Source: an uncultured Pelagibacteraceae bacterium (lineage in GTDB: Bacteria > Pseudomonadota > Alphaproteobacteria > Pelagibacterales > Pelagibacteraceae). Taken from it: a stretch of DNA of 64,000 nt. A program made the position numbers and the translations under genes. Under the pieces are notes generated by a model, which was given only the letters and a program-made list of their open reading frames with translations, had not been told where the DNA came from and did no database searches. Location: the NCBI GenBank assembly GCA_902530635.1, contig CACABC010000001.1, forward strand, positions 66,582 to 130,581, in the 5' to 3' direction. Numbering within the stretch: position 1 is the stretch's first letter; each line of letters begins with the position of its first letter. Shown here one piece after another: positions 28,298-39,756 of the stretch.

Positions 28298-29632
28298 ATG
28301 GTAAAAGATAAAAAAACAAAACCTTCTAAGGAATTACCATTAGGTTTTGTAGATAGACAAGAAAAAGAATTATTAATCCGTGATTTTGTAATTTCTAATA
28401 TTAAAGAAGTTATGATTAAATACGGCTTTCGATATCTCGAAACACCAAGCTTCGAGTATACGGATAGTATTGGAAAATTTTTACCTGACAAGGAAAGACC
28501 TGATGCTGGAGTATTTTCTTTTAAAGATGAAAATAAATGGATGTCACTTCGTTATGATCTTACCGCTCCTTTAGCGAGATATGTTGCAAAAAACTATCTT
28601 GAAATATCAAAACCATTCAAACGTTACCAGTTAGGTTCTGTTTGGAGAAATGAGAAACCTGGACCAGGAAGATTTAGAGAATTTTTACAATTTGATGCTG
28701 ACTACGTTGGAACAAACAATTTACAAGCAGATGCTGAACTTTGTGTATTAATTTCTGAGATATTAGAAAAATGTGGTTTAGATAAAAAAGATTATACTGT
28801 AAAAATTTCTTCTAGAAAATTAACAGATAAATTATTCGAAAAGTTGAAAATTACATCGAAAGATCAAATCTCTACTGCACTCCGAGCCCTAGACAAAATT
28901 GATAGACTTGGCTGGGAGGAGGCAAAAAAACTTCTCGGAGAGGGCAGAAAAGATAAATCAGGAGATTATACAAAGGGAGCAGGACTTAGCATCGACCAGA
29001 TCAAAACAATCGAGTCTACCTTGCTAGGAAAAATTCCTGACAGTGAAGATGTCTTAGAAATTCTAAAAATATTTGAGGCTTACAATTTTAAAAATTATAA
29101 ATTTGATCCATCTGTTATAAGAGGGCTGGAATATTATACTGGACCTATTTTTGAGGTTAATTTAAATTTTCAAGTAAAAAACTCAAAAGGACAGAACATT
29201 CAATTTGGATCAATAGGTGGAGGAGGAAGATATGATAATCTTGTTAGTAACTTTGGAAATTTAGATTGTCCCGCAACCGGAATATCAATTGGTCTAGACA
29301 GACTTGTATTTGCTTTAATGCAGAAAAAAGATTTTAAAATAAAGTCTACACGACCAATTATTATATGTGTTTTTGATAAAGACAAAACTAAACAATATGT
29401 AGATATACTAAAAAAACTTAGAGCCTCGAATATCAGTTCTGAGATTTACCCAGGAGAGGGTAAGTTAAAAAAACAAATGGAATATGCGAATAAGATAGGT
29501 TCGCCGGCTGTTATTTTGTACGGGGATAACGAAATAAAATCAGGAAAAGCAACTTTAAAAAATTTAGAAAGCGGGAATGAGAGTTCAATTAAAATTGAGG
29601 AAATAGCAAATGAAATCAAAAAATTACTCTGA
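28298..29632 (+). CDS. hisS: histidine--tRNA ligase
   Basis: Class II aaRS motifs (FRYD-like LRYDLTAP, WRNEKPGPGRFREF, GGGGRYD). The ORF-track start at 28232 lies inside the tRNA. The first ATG after the tRNA is 28298 (MVKDKK...). Confidence 0.9.
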   Translation: MVKDKKTKPSKELPLGFVDRQEKELLIRDFVISNIKEVMIKYGFRYLETPSFEYTDSIGKFLPDKERPDAGVFSFKDENKWMSLRYDLTAPLARYVAKNYLEISKPFKRYQLGSVWRNEKPGPGRFREFLQFDADYVGTNNLQADAELCVLISEILEKCGLDKKDYTVKISSRKLTDKLFEKLKITSKDQISTALRALDKIDRLGWEEAKKLLGEGRKDKSGDYTKGAGLSIDQIKTIESTLLGKIPDSEDVLEILKIFEAYNFKNYKFDPSVIRGLEYYTGPIFEVNLNFQVKNSKGQNIQFGSIGGGGRYDNLVSNFGNLDCPATGISIGLDRLVFALMQKKDFKIKSTRPIIICVFDKDKTKQYVDILKKLRASNISSEIYPGEGKLKKQMEYANKIGSPAVILYGDNEIKSGKATLKNLESGNESSIKIEEIANEIKKLL

Positions 29633-30659
29633 AAATATAATAAAGGTATTTAAGAAAGACGGTTTTGTTTTATCAGAACCAGATGTGCTTTTAGATTCAG
29701 ATTATATTATTGAAAGATCCGGTGAAAATTTTAGGAAAATAATGCTTACTTTTGAGGATGATACTGGAAAGAGTATGTGTTTAAGGCCAGACTTGACAGT
29801 TGCTTCGTGCATTAAATATTTAAAAGATAATTCTAAAGCAAATTCAAAGATATATTATTCAGGTCAAGCTTATAGGAGGTCAAAAAGTTTAAACAAAGTT
29901 ATTAATTATCAACTAGGTTTGGAGATCTTTAACTCTAAAAATAAATCCATCGATGATTTAAAAGTTTTAAAAACAATAACCAGCTCAATTAATAAGGTAA
30001 AAATTAAAAATATATTAATTAAAGTTGGCGATGTAAGTTTATTCAAACAGTTAATCGAGTCTTTAAAAATACCAGAAAGATGGAGAATGAGATTAAAAAG
30101 ACACTTTTGGCGACCAAAATACTTTGAAGATTTACTTAATAGGCTCGAAACAAATTCTGATGTTGATCCTTCAACAGTTGAACTAGATAAGAAAAAGTTT
30201 TTTGAAATGAAGAATATTGATCAGAACAAAGAAGTTGCAAATAGAAAAGTTTCAGAGATCATATCGAGATTCGATAGAAAAATTAAAGACCCGAGATCAT
30301 TTAAAGAAAATAAAAAAACAGTAAAAATTATTAAAGATTTTTTAAAAATTAGTTGTCCGTTAGATAAATTAGAAAAAACATTAGATAATTTTATTAATAA
30401 AAATCAATTAAATAAAAGTGTTTTTAAAGATATATCAAGTTTGAAAAATTTATCTAAGTTAAATTCTAAAATTATTTTTTCTACTAATTTTGGTAGAGAT
30501 ATTGAATACTATTCAGGAGTGGTATTTGAGATATACAACTCTTCGAAAAAAGAGATAGCAAGAGGTGGAAGATATGATGGTTTATTAAAGAGTCTTGGAT
30601 CTAAAAAAAATATTTCAGCAGTAGGTGCTGCAATTAATTTAAATAATTTAGAGATATGA
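29610..30659 (+). CDS. hisZ: ATP phosphoribosyltransferase regulatory subunit (HisRS paralogue)
   Basis: 349 aa HisRS-like catalytic core without an anticodon-binding domain (LRPDLT, GGRYD). Directly precedes short-form hisG. Confidence 0.85.
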   Translation: MKSKNYSENIIKVFKKDGFVLSEPDVLLDSDYIIERSGENFRKIMLTFEDDTGKSMCLRPDLTVASCIKYLKDNSKANSKIYYSGQAYRRSKSLNKVINYQLGLEIFNSKNKSIDDLKVLKTITSSINKVKIKNILIKVGDVSLFKQLIESLKIPERWRMRLKRHFWRPKYFEDLLNRLETNSDVDPSTVELDKKKFFEMKNIDQNKEVANRKVSEIISRFDRKIKDPRSFKENKKTVKIIKDFLKISCPLDKLEKTLDNFINKNQLNKSVFKDISSLKNLSKLNSKIIFSTNFGRDIEYYSGVVFEIYNSSKKEIARGGRYDGLLKSLGSKKNISAVGAAINLNNLEI

Positions 30660-31333
30660 AAAATTTAATTACTATAGGGTTACCAAGCAAAGGCAGATTG
30701 AAAGATGGCTCAATAAACTTTCTTGTAAGAAATAATTTAAAACTAACCTCAAATGGAGGAGAGCGAAATTATTTTGCTGAGGTGAAAAATTTTCCTAATA
30801 TAAAAATCATTTATTTACATGCAAAAGAAATCATTCAAAGAATTGGTGATGGTACCCTTGATATAGGGATTTCAGGTTTAGATCTTTTAAATGAGTCAGC
30901 CACAAACCTTAAACAAAAAATCGAAGTTAAAAAAAAATTAGATTTTGGTTCAGCCAATGTTGTTGTTGCTATTCCTAATGATTGGATTGATGTGCAAACT
31001 GTTGCTGATTTGGAGGAGGTATCTTTCGATTTTAGAGATAAAAAAAATACCAGATTGAGAGTTGCAACTAAGTACCCAAATCTAACAAATAATTTTTTAG
31101 TTTCAAAAGGTGTTACTCAATACAAACTAGTTGCAAGCCTTGGTGCAACAGAAACTTATCCTTTTATTGGTTCCTCAGAAATTATTACTGATATCACTTC
31201 GACTGGAAAAACCTTAAGAGATAATAACCTTAGAATTTTGAAAGACGGTTTAATTTTAAAGTCACAAGCTTGTGTGTTGTACTCAAAAAAAAAGGCTGCA
31301 AAATTGCAGCCTTTTTTAAATTCTTTGAAGTGA
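30656..31333 (+). CDS. hisG: ATP phosphoribosyltransferase, short form
   Basis: 225 aa. LPSKGRL start and DITSTGKTL motif. Lacks the C-terminal regulatory domain, consistent with a HisZ partner. Confidence 0.9.
   Translation: MKNLITIGLPSKGRLKDGSINFLVRNNLKLTSNGGERNYFAEVKNFPNIKIIYLHAKEIIQRIGDGTLDIGISGLDLLNESATNLKQKIEVKKKLDFGSANVVVAIPNDWIDVQTVADLEEVSFDFRDKKNTRLRVATKYPNLTNNFLVSKGVTQYKLVASLGATETYPFIGSSEIITDITSTGKTLRDNNLRILKDGLILKSQACVLYSKKKAAKLQPFLNSLK
31285..31317. terminator. bidirectional rho-independent terminator (A9-GGCTGC-aaaatt-GCAGCC-T6)
   Basis: Perfect GC-rich stem flanked by A9 and T6. It lies 23-55 nt downstream of the groEL stop on the minus strand and inside the last 16 codons of hisG on the plus strand. 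Confidence 0.6.
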
Positions 31334-31339
31334 TTGGGA

Positions 31340-32992
<1,653 letters not shown>

Positions 32993-33016
32993 TTATTAAT
33001 TCTCCTTTTAAATAAT

Positions 33017-33310
33017 TTATTTACTTTTTGAAACTCCCATAATGTCTGACTCTTTCATTATGCTATATTCTTTTCCGTCGATTTTTACTTCTGTTCCAGA
33101 CCATTTTCCAAACAATACTCTATCTCCAACTTTAACATCCATTTTTATAAGTTTACCATCTTCAGTTTTAGCACCCGCACCAACAGCAACAACTTCGCCT
33201 TCTTGAGGCTTTTCTTTAGCAGTGTCAGGTATAATGATGCCACCCTTGGTTTTTTCTTCACTATCAAGTACCTTAATTAAAACTCGGTCGTGTAATGGTC
33301 TAAATTTCAT
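33017..33310 (-). CDS. groS: co-chaperonin GroES
   Basis: 97 aa. [11 protein letters not shown] start. AGGAG ribosome-binding site 5 nt upstream. Confidence 0.95.
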   Translation of the reverse strand: MKFRPLHDRVLIKVLDSEEKTKGGIIIPDTAKEKPQEGEVVAVGAGAKTEDGKLIKMDVKVGDRVLFGKWSGTEVKIDGKEYSIMKESDIMGVSKSK

Positions 33311-33340
33311 GAAAACTCCTATAATTTATAATATTGAGAA

Positions 33341-33368
33341 ATATGGTATGTATTTAGAATATTGCAAG
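33341..33368 (-). promoter_or_regulatory. possible sigma-32 (RpoH)-type promoter of groESL
   Basis: The minus strand reads CTTGCAA-N13-TACCATAT, against the E. coli sigma-32 consensus CTTGAAA-N13/14-CCCCATNT. About 30 nt upstream of the groES start. No CIRCE element seen. Confidence 0.35.
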
Positions 33369-33411
33369 TGTATGATAAAAAAAAATTGCTTAAAAAAGCC
33401 TTGAATTTCCT

Positions 33412-34221
33412 ATGAAAACTAAAAAATTAGATCACTTAGCTAAAATATACAACGAATATGATGCTTTTATAATCGATTTATGGGGTGTTATGCATAACGG
33501 TATAAAATTAAATTCTTCAGCGATAAATGCAGTAAAAGAACTTGATGAAAAAGGTAAAAAAATTGTTTTTTTATCTAACGCACCTCGCCCAACAAAACAA
33601 GTTGTTGAGTTTTTAAAAAAAATGAAAATGGATAATAAATTTCTTAAAAACGTTTTAACTTCAGGGGAAGCAGCCTTGAATTCACTCAAAAAAAATAAAT
33701 TTGGAAAAAAATTTTACCATTTAGGTCCGGTCAGAGATGATTCTTTGTTTTTTGATATAAAGGAAAATAAAACAACGATTGATAAATGCGATTTTATTTT
33801 ATGTACAGGATTATTTGATGAAGAAGAAAATTTAAATTACTATGAAAATCTTTTAAAAAATTATATAAATAAAAAATTAATATGTACTAATCCAGATCTT
33901 ACTGTTCACAGAGGAAATGTGGAGGAATACTGTGCAGGTAAAATTGCAGAAATTTTTGAGATTTTAGGTGGAGAGGTAATATATTTTGGAAAACCTCATA
34001 AAGAAATTTATTTATCCTGTTTAGAAAAAAATCAAAAAACTTTAATAATAGGAGATAACCTTAAAACTGATATTAAAGGTGCCAACAATATGAAACTAGA
34101 CTCTTTGTTCATAACTAGTGGAGTTCATAGATCAAAAATTGACAATGAAGAATTTATTTTAGAGCTACTAAAAAAATACAAAGTTTCATCTAATTATTTT
34201 CAGAAAGAATTAACTTGGTAA
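33412..34221 (+). CDS. HAD-superfamily hydrolase (subfamily IIA-like)
   Basis: 269 aa. DLWGVMHNG (DxxGV) motif I, LSNAPR motif II, GDNLKTDIKGA motif IV. Confidence 0.7.
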   Translation: MKTKKLDHLAKIYNEYDAFIIDLWGVMHNGIKLNSSAINAVKELDEKGKKIVFLSNAPRPTKQVVEFLKKMKMDNKFLKNVLTSGEAALNSLKKNKFGKKFYHLGPVRDDSLFFDIKENKTTIDKCDFILCTGLFDEEENLNYYENLLKNYINKKLICTNPDLTVHRGNVEEYCAGKIAEIFEILGGEVIYFGKPHKEIYLSCLEKNQKTLIIGDNLKTDIKGANNMKLDSLFITSGVHRSKIDNEEFILELLKKYKVSSNYFQKELTW

Positions 34222-35136
34222 ATGAAGATATATAAAAATTTTAATATTCAAAATAAATTCCAAAAATCAGCTATTGCAATTGGAAATTTTGATGGTTTTC
34301 ATTTGGGGCATCAAAGGGTTATTAAAATAGGGAAAGCGGTTGCAAAAAAAAATAATCTTAAATTTGGTTTGTTAGTTTTCCAACCATTACCGGTAATGTT
34401 TTTTAATAAAAAACTAAAAAATTATAGATTAGACTCATTAAATCAAAAAATTGCTTCTTCAAAAAAACTAGGAATAGATTTTTTAATAATAAAAAAATTT
34501 GATAAAAAATTTTCAAAAATTAGTTCAGATAAATTTATAGAAAGTATTCTTTACAAGAAACTAAAAACAAGATTCATATTTATAAGTCGAAACTTTAGAT
34601 TTGGAAAGAACAGGACTGGTAATGTAAAATTACTTAAAAAAAAAGAGAAACTTTATAATTACACAACAAACACTATCAAACCTTTTAATAAAAAAGGTTT
34701 AACTATATCTTCTACATTAATTAGAAAAAATATTTTAAAAGGCAAGATTGCTTATGCTAATAAATTATTAGGAAGATTTTGGACAATAGAGGGATTGGTT
34801 ACAAAAGGCGAGCAACGAGGTAGGAAAATTGGTTTTCCTACATGTAATTTAGATATGAAAAATTATATAGTTCCTAAAATTGGTGTTTATTCTTGTAATG
34901 TAATAATAGACAAAAAAATAAAAAAGAAAGGTATTGTAAACGTTGGTTATAGGCCGACTTTCGGAAAAAATAGACTTGTTTTGGAGGTACATATTTTTGG
35001 TCTTAAAAAAAATTTATATGATAAAAGAATAAAAATAATGCTAATAAGATTTATTAGAAAAGAAAAAAAATTTAAAAATATTACCCAATTAAAAAAACAA
35101 ATTAAAAAAGATATAAAAAAAGCTAAATCTGTTTAA
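34222..35136 (+). CDS. ribF: bifunctional riboflavin kinase / FMN adenylyltransferase
   Basis: 304 aa. GNFDGFHLGHQ, GEQRGRKIGFPTCN and GYRPTF motifs. Confidence 0.9.
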   Translation: MKIYKNFNIQNKFQKSAIAIGNFDGFHLGHQRVIKIGKAVAKKNNLKFGLLVFQPLPVMFFNKKLKNYRLDSLNQKIASSKKLGIDFLIIKKFDKKFSKISSDKFIESILYKKLKTRFIFISRNFRFGKNRTGNVKLLKKKEKLYNYTTNTIKPFNKKGLTISSTLIRKNILKGKIAYANKLLGRFWTIEGLVTKGEQRGRKIGFPTCNLDMKNYIVPKIGVYSCNVIIDKKIKKKGIVNVGYRPTFGKNRLVLEVHIFGLKKNLYDKRIKIMLIRFIRKEKKFKNITQLKKQIKKDIKKAKSV

Positions 35137-37856
35137 TGCCTGAAAATAATTTAAATCTACCGAAGACAGCTTTTTCCATGAAAGCCAACCTTCCCTCTAA
35201 AGAGCCAAAAATTTTAGAAACTTGGGATAAAACAAAGCTCTACGATAAACTAAGAAAAAAATCTGCAGGAAAAGAAAAATTCATTCTTCACGACGGTCCT
35301 CCCTATGCAAATGGTCATATTCACATGGGAACAGCACTTAATAAAATTTTAAAAGATATAGTGACGAAGTTTCATCAAATGAGAGACAAGGATTCAATTT
35401 ATGTCCCTGGTTGGGACTGTCATGGACTACCTATTGAATGGAAAATTGAAGAACAATATAAAAAAAAGAAGAAAAACAAAGATGAAATTCCAACTAAAGA
35501 TTTTCGAAAAGAGTGTCGTGAATTTGCAGAAAAGTGGATTGAAATTCATAAAAAGGAATTTAAAAGATTAGGCGTTATAGGAGACTGGGAGAATTATTAT
35601 TCTACCATGAGTTTTGAAGCAGAAGCTCAAATAGTAAGAGAACTAGGAAAATTTCTAACAGAGGGAAGTCTTTACAAAGGTTTCAAGCCAGTTTTGTGGT
35701 CGACAGTTGAGAAAACAGCATTAGCAGATGCAGAGGTTGAGTACAAAGATCACAAATCAAATACAATTTACGCAGAATTTCAGGTTAAAAAAACAAATAA
35801 GGATTATTTAAAAGATGTTTCAGTAATAATTTGGACCACAACTCCTTGGACAATTCCGGCAAATAAAGCTTTAGCTTACAACAAAGATATTAGCTATTCA
35901 GTTTTAGAATTAAAAAATAAAAAAATTGTGGTAGCAGAAAAACTAATTAATTCTGTTATTGCAGATTGTGGACTAGAGAAATTTAAAATTATCAAATCAT
36001 TTAAAGGAGAAGAGTTTAAAAATACAATTTGTTCTCATCCTTTCAAAAATTTGGGATATAACTTTGATATACCAATGCTTGAAGCAAACTTTGTAACTTT
36101 AGAACAGGGTACTGGAATTGTTCATTGTGCTCCTAGTCATGGTCCCGATGATTTCAATTTATGTTTAAAGCATGGCATGAAAGCAATAGAAACTGTTAAT
36201 AATGATGGAAGATATACAAAAAATATTCCTATTTTTGAAGGAACTCATGTATTTAAAGCAGACGAAATTATTATACAGAACTTAAGAGAACAAAAAAATC
36301 TTTTAGGAAACGGCACTTTAGTTCATAGTTATCCGCATTCCTGGAGATCTAAAGCTCCACTCGTTCATAGAGCAACCCCGCAATGGTTTATATCAATGGA
36401 AAGTCATAAACTAAGAGAGAAAGCTTTAAACTCTATTGATCAAACAGAATTTTATCCAGAGAAAGGAAAGGCAAGGATAAGAGCCATGATAGAAACTCGC
36501 CCAGATTGGTGCATTTCTCGACAAAGATCTTGGGGAGTTCCTTTACCAATTTTCGTAAATAAGAAAACAAATGAACCCTTAAGAGATGCTGATGTCATTG
36601 AAAATATAGCTAAGATTTACGAAAAAGAAGGATCTGATTGCTGGTTTTACGACGACCCGCAAAGATTTTTAGGAAAAAAATACAAAAAAGAAGATTATAT
36701 TAAATCAAAAGATATAGTTGAAGTATGGTTTGATAGTGGATCTACACATTCTTTTGTACTAGAAAAAAGAAAAGATTTGAAATGGCCTGCATCAATGTAT
36801 TTAGAAGGTTCAGATCAACACCGAGGTTGGTTTCACTCTTCACTACTTGAGTCTTGTGGGACAAGAGGTAGAGCACCTTTCGATAGCATATTATCCCACG
36901 GATTTGTTGTTGACGGAAAAGGAATGAAGATGTCAAAATCATCAGGAAACGTCATATCACCTGATGAGATACTTAAAAAATACGGTGCAGATATACTAAG
37001 ACTATGGGTTGCTTCATCTGATTATTCTGAAGATTTAAGAATAGATCATTCCATATTAGACCAGCATGCTGAGTCTTATAGAAAAATTAGAAATACATTC
37101 AGATATATATTAGGAAATTTACGGGATCAGTTTAACCAAAAAAATTTTAAACAGATAAAAATAAAGGAATTCCCTGAGCTCGAACAGTTAATTTTACATA
37201 AAATTTTTGTTTTAAATGAAGATATTAAAAAAAATTTGAAGGAGTATAATTTTCATAAACTTCAAAAAGATTTATTAAATTTTTGTGCTTTAGATCTTTC
37301 TTCCTTCTATTTTGATATAAGAAAAGATATTTTGTATTGTGATGATTTAAATTCAAAAAAAAGAAAGTCTTGTGTCACATTGTTAAACGTTGTTTTAGAA
37401 TGTTTGATAAAATGGTATGCGCCTGTTCTTTCTTTTACTACAGAAGAAATTAGTGAATTGTCTCAAAAAGATAAAAAGACAAGTATTCATGAGGAAAACT
37501 TTCCCGAAATTCCTAACAATTGGAAAAATGAATTGTTATTTAAAAAATGGGAAAAACTTATAAGCGTTAGGCAACAGGTAAATGTTGCTATTGAGGAGAA
37601 AAGATCGAGTAAAATAATTGGATCAAGTCTTGAAGCTGATGTTGACATTGTCTTACCAAAACAAGAATATGATTTTTTAGAGGAAATAGATGCAAAAGAA
37701 TTTTTTATTACGTCAAATGTAACTAAAGATATCTCTAAAAAAAATGATATATCCGTTTCTGTAAAGAAGGCAGAGGGTACCAAATGCTCACGATGTTGGA
37801 AAATTGTTAAAAGCGTAAAGGAAGGTAAGTGCCAACGATGCTATTCAATAAAATAG
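35136..37856 (+). CDS. ileS: isoleucine--tRNA ligase
   Basis: 906 aa. PYANGHIHMGT (HIGH), KMSKS, C-terminal CxxC...CxxC zinc finger. ribF-ileS-lspA synteny. Confidence 0.97.
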   Translation: MPENNLNLPKTAFSMKANLPSKEPKILETWDKTKLYDKLRKKSAGKEKFILHDGPPYANGHIHMGTALNKILKDIVTKFHQMRDKDSIYVPGWDCHGLPIEWKIEEQYKKKKKNKDEIPTKDFRKECREFAEKWIEIHKKEFKRLGVIGDWENYYSTMSFEAEAQIVRELGKFLTEGSLYKGFKPVLWSTVEKTALADAEVEYKDHKSNTIYAEFQVKKTNKDYLKDVSVIIWTTTPWTIPANKALAYNKDISYSVLELKNKKIVVAEKLINSVIADCGLEKFKIIKSFKGEEFKNTICSHPFKNLGYNFDIPMLEANFVTLEQGTGIVHCAPSHGPDDFNLCLKHGMKAIETVNNDGRYTKNIPIFEGTHVFKADEIIIQNLREQKNLLGNGTLVHSYPHSWRSKAPLVHRATPQWFISMESHKLREKALNSIDQTEFYPEKGKARIRAMIETRPDWCISRQRSWGVPLPIFVNKKTNEPLRDADVIENIAKIYEKEGSDCWFYDDPQRFLGKKYKKEDYIKSKDIVEVWFDSGSTHSFVLEKRKDLKWPASMYLEGSDQHRGWFHSSLLESCGTRGRAPFDSILSHGFVVDGKGMKMSKSSGNVISPDEILKKYGADILRLWVASSDYSEDLRIDHSILDQHAESYRKIRNTFRYILGNLRDQFNQKNFKQIKIKEFPELEQLILHKIFVLNEDIKKNLKEYNFHKLQKDLLNFCALDLSSFYFDIRKDILYCDDLNSKKRKSCVTLLNVVLECLIKWYAPVLSFTTEEISELSQKDKKTSIHEENFPEIPNNWKNELLFKKWEKLISVRQQVNVAIEEKRSSKIIGSSLEADVDIVLPKQEYDFLEEIDAKEFFITSNVTKDISKKNDISVSVKKAEGTKCSRCWKIVKSVKEGKCQRCYSIK

Positions 37857-38329
37857 AATTAAAAAAATTTGATATTTATAGTTTTTTTTTAATACTCTTA
37901 ACATTTGGAATTGATAGACTTTCAAAAATTTTTGTTATTAATTTAATAGAAAGCAACCAAAAAGAATTGTTTGTTAATGATTTTTTAAATTTGACATTAA
38001 ATTGGAATAGAGGAATAGGATTTGGTTTATTAAGTTTTGATGTATCTATGGTATATCACGCAATATCTGCCTTAATTCTGTTAATAATAATTTATTTAAT
38101 ATACTTAATGGTTACATCTGACAATTTTAGTAAACTCATACTTGCGTTCATAGTAGGTGGAGCAGTAGGAAACCTTTTCGATAGACTAACCTATTTTGCA
38201 GTTCCTGATTTTATTGATTTTCATATTAATAATTACCACTGGTTTACTTTTAACGCAGCTGATATTTTTATCACGATTGGAATTTTTCTTATGATAATAA
38301 AAGAGTTTTTTATTTCAAAAAAAGTATGA
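37838..38329 (+). CDS. lspA: lipoprotein signal peptidase II
   Basis: NRGIGFG and GGAVGNLFDR motifs. The start may be ATG 37838 (GAAGG upstream) or GTG 37829. Either overlaps the ileS 3' end. Confidence 0.85.
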   Translation: MLFNKIELKKFDIYSFFLILLTFGIDRLSKIFVINLIESNQKELFVNDFLNLTLNWNRGIGFGLLSFDVSMVYHAISALILLIIIYLIYLMVTSDNFSKLILAFIVGGAVGNLFDRLTYFAVPDFIDFHINNYHWFTFNAADIFITIGIFLMIIKEFFISKKV

Positions 38330-38637
38330 ATTACATTAAAAAATATTTTTTCTTTTTTTCAATTTTGATAATCCTTAACAATTGTAGTGGTTGGAAAAAT
38401 TTTACAAAAACAATGAGTGGAGAAAAAGTTACTACTACTGACGAGTTTCTGATTAAAAAAAAAGATCCACTAGCATTACCTCCCGGATATGAGGAATTAC
38501 CTTTGCCAAATACAAAAAAAAAGAAAAATACCAATACAGTTCAGTCATCAATTGGTTCAAAAAATACCGAAACAGGTTCGCAAGCTCCTAGCGTCCTTGA
38601 GAACATGGTATTGGAAGAGCTAAAAAAAAATAATTAA
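38326..38637 (+). CDS. small lipoprotein (unknown function)
   Basis: 103 aa. Signal peptide ending ILNNC (lipobox-like Cys). Follows lspA with an ATGA overlap. Confidence 0.5.
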   Translation: MNYIKKYFFFFSILIILNNCSGWKNFTKTMSGEKVTTTDEFLIKKKDPLALPPGYEELPLPNTKKKKNTNTVQSSIGSKNTETGSQAPSVLENMVLEELKKNN

Positions 38638-39756
38638 ATGATATCTGCAAAAACTATAATTACTGAACTAAATTTTAATTCAAGTTTATTTAATTCGTTT
38701 TTACCAACTTCAGGCTATAGTTTTAATTTTAAAGATATTAAAAAATTTAAAAAATTTAAAACGGTACTTGTTATAGGGATGGGAGGTTCTGTTTTAGGTT
38801 CAAAAGCTATTTATTCTTTTCTAAAATATAAAATAAAAAAAAAATTTATTTTTATAGATAATTTAGACCAAACATTATTGGCTAATATTAAAAAACAATA
38901 CAATCTTTCTAATTCACTTTTTTTGATTATTTCAAAATCTGGTAATACAAATGAAACAATATTAAATTTAAGTTTTTTTAAATCATTTTTAAAAAAGTCA
39001 AACACTATAATAATATCTGAAAATAAAAATAATTTTTTATCAAATTTAGCAAAAGAAAAAGGTTTTTATTTTATTCATCACAATATTAATATTGGCGGAA
39101 GATATTCGATTTTTTCTGAAGTTGGCATGGTGCCAGCGTATTTAATGGGTTTAAACCCTAAAAACTTTAAAAAAAATTTAAACAAACTGCTTAAAAATAA
39201 AAATTTTCATTTAAATATTTCCAAGGCAATTTCAAATTTAAGATTAAAAAAATTTAAAACCTTAATTCTGCTTAATTATGTTCCAGAGTTAAATAATTTT
39301 TTATACTGGTGCCAACAACTTTTAGCTGAAAGTTTGGGAAAAAATAAAAAAGGTTTTTTACCAGTAGTTTCTAATGCCCCAAAAGATCATCACAGCTTAT
39401 TGCAGTTATATTTAGATGGTCCAAAAGATAAAGTTTTTTATATTTTTAGTTCTAAAAAAACCAAAAATATTCTAACTAGTTCAAATTTTTTTGGAGAAAA
39501 AATGAAATATCTAAATAATAAAGATTATCAAGATATTAAAATAGTTCAAAAAGATGCCTTAAAAGAAGTTCTAAAGAAAAAAAAAAATCCTTTTAGAGAA
39601 ATAATAATTAAAAAATTTAATGAGGACACTTTAGGAAAGTTATTTTTATCATTTATTGTAGAAACAATAATTTTAGGAAAATATATGAAAGTTAATCCTT
39701 ATGACCAACCTGCTGTAGAAGAAGTTAAGGTTTTAACAAGAAAATTTTTAATTTAA
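38638..39756 (+). CDS. pgi: glucose-6-phosphate isomerase, unusually compact
   Basis: 372 aa. GMGGSVLG, ISKSGNTNET, GGRYSIFSEVG, ESLGK and NPYDQPAVEEVK match the PGI signatures. Confidence 0.7.
   Translation: MISAKTIITELNFNSSLFNSFLPTSGYSFNFKDIKKFKKFKTVLVIGMGGSVLGSKAIYSFLKYKIKKKFIFIDNLDQTLLANIKKQYNLSNSLFLIISKSGNTNETILNLSFFKSFLKKSNTIIISENKNNFLSNLAKEKGFYFIHHNINIGGRYSIFSEVGMVPAYLMGLNPKNFKKNLNKLLKNKNFHLNISKAISNLRLKKFKTLILLNYVPELNNFLYWCQQLLAESLGKNKKGFLPVVSNAPKDHHSLLQLYLDGPKDKVFYIFSSKKTKNILTSSNFFGEKMKYLNNKDYQDIKIVQKDALKEVLKKKKNPFREIIIKKFNEDTLGKLFLSFIVETIILGKYMKVNPYDQPAVEEVKVLTRKFLI

Noticed and set aside
33311-33411. I searched for a CIRCE element (TTAGCACTC-N9-GAGTGCTAA) upstream of groES.
   Set aside because: No match on either strand. 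Only a sigma-32-like promoter candidate is visible.
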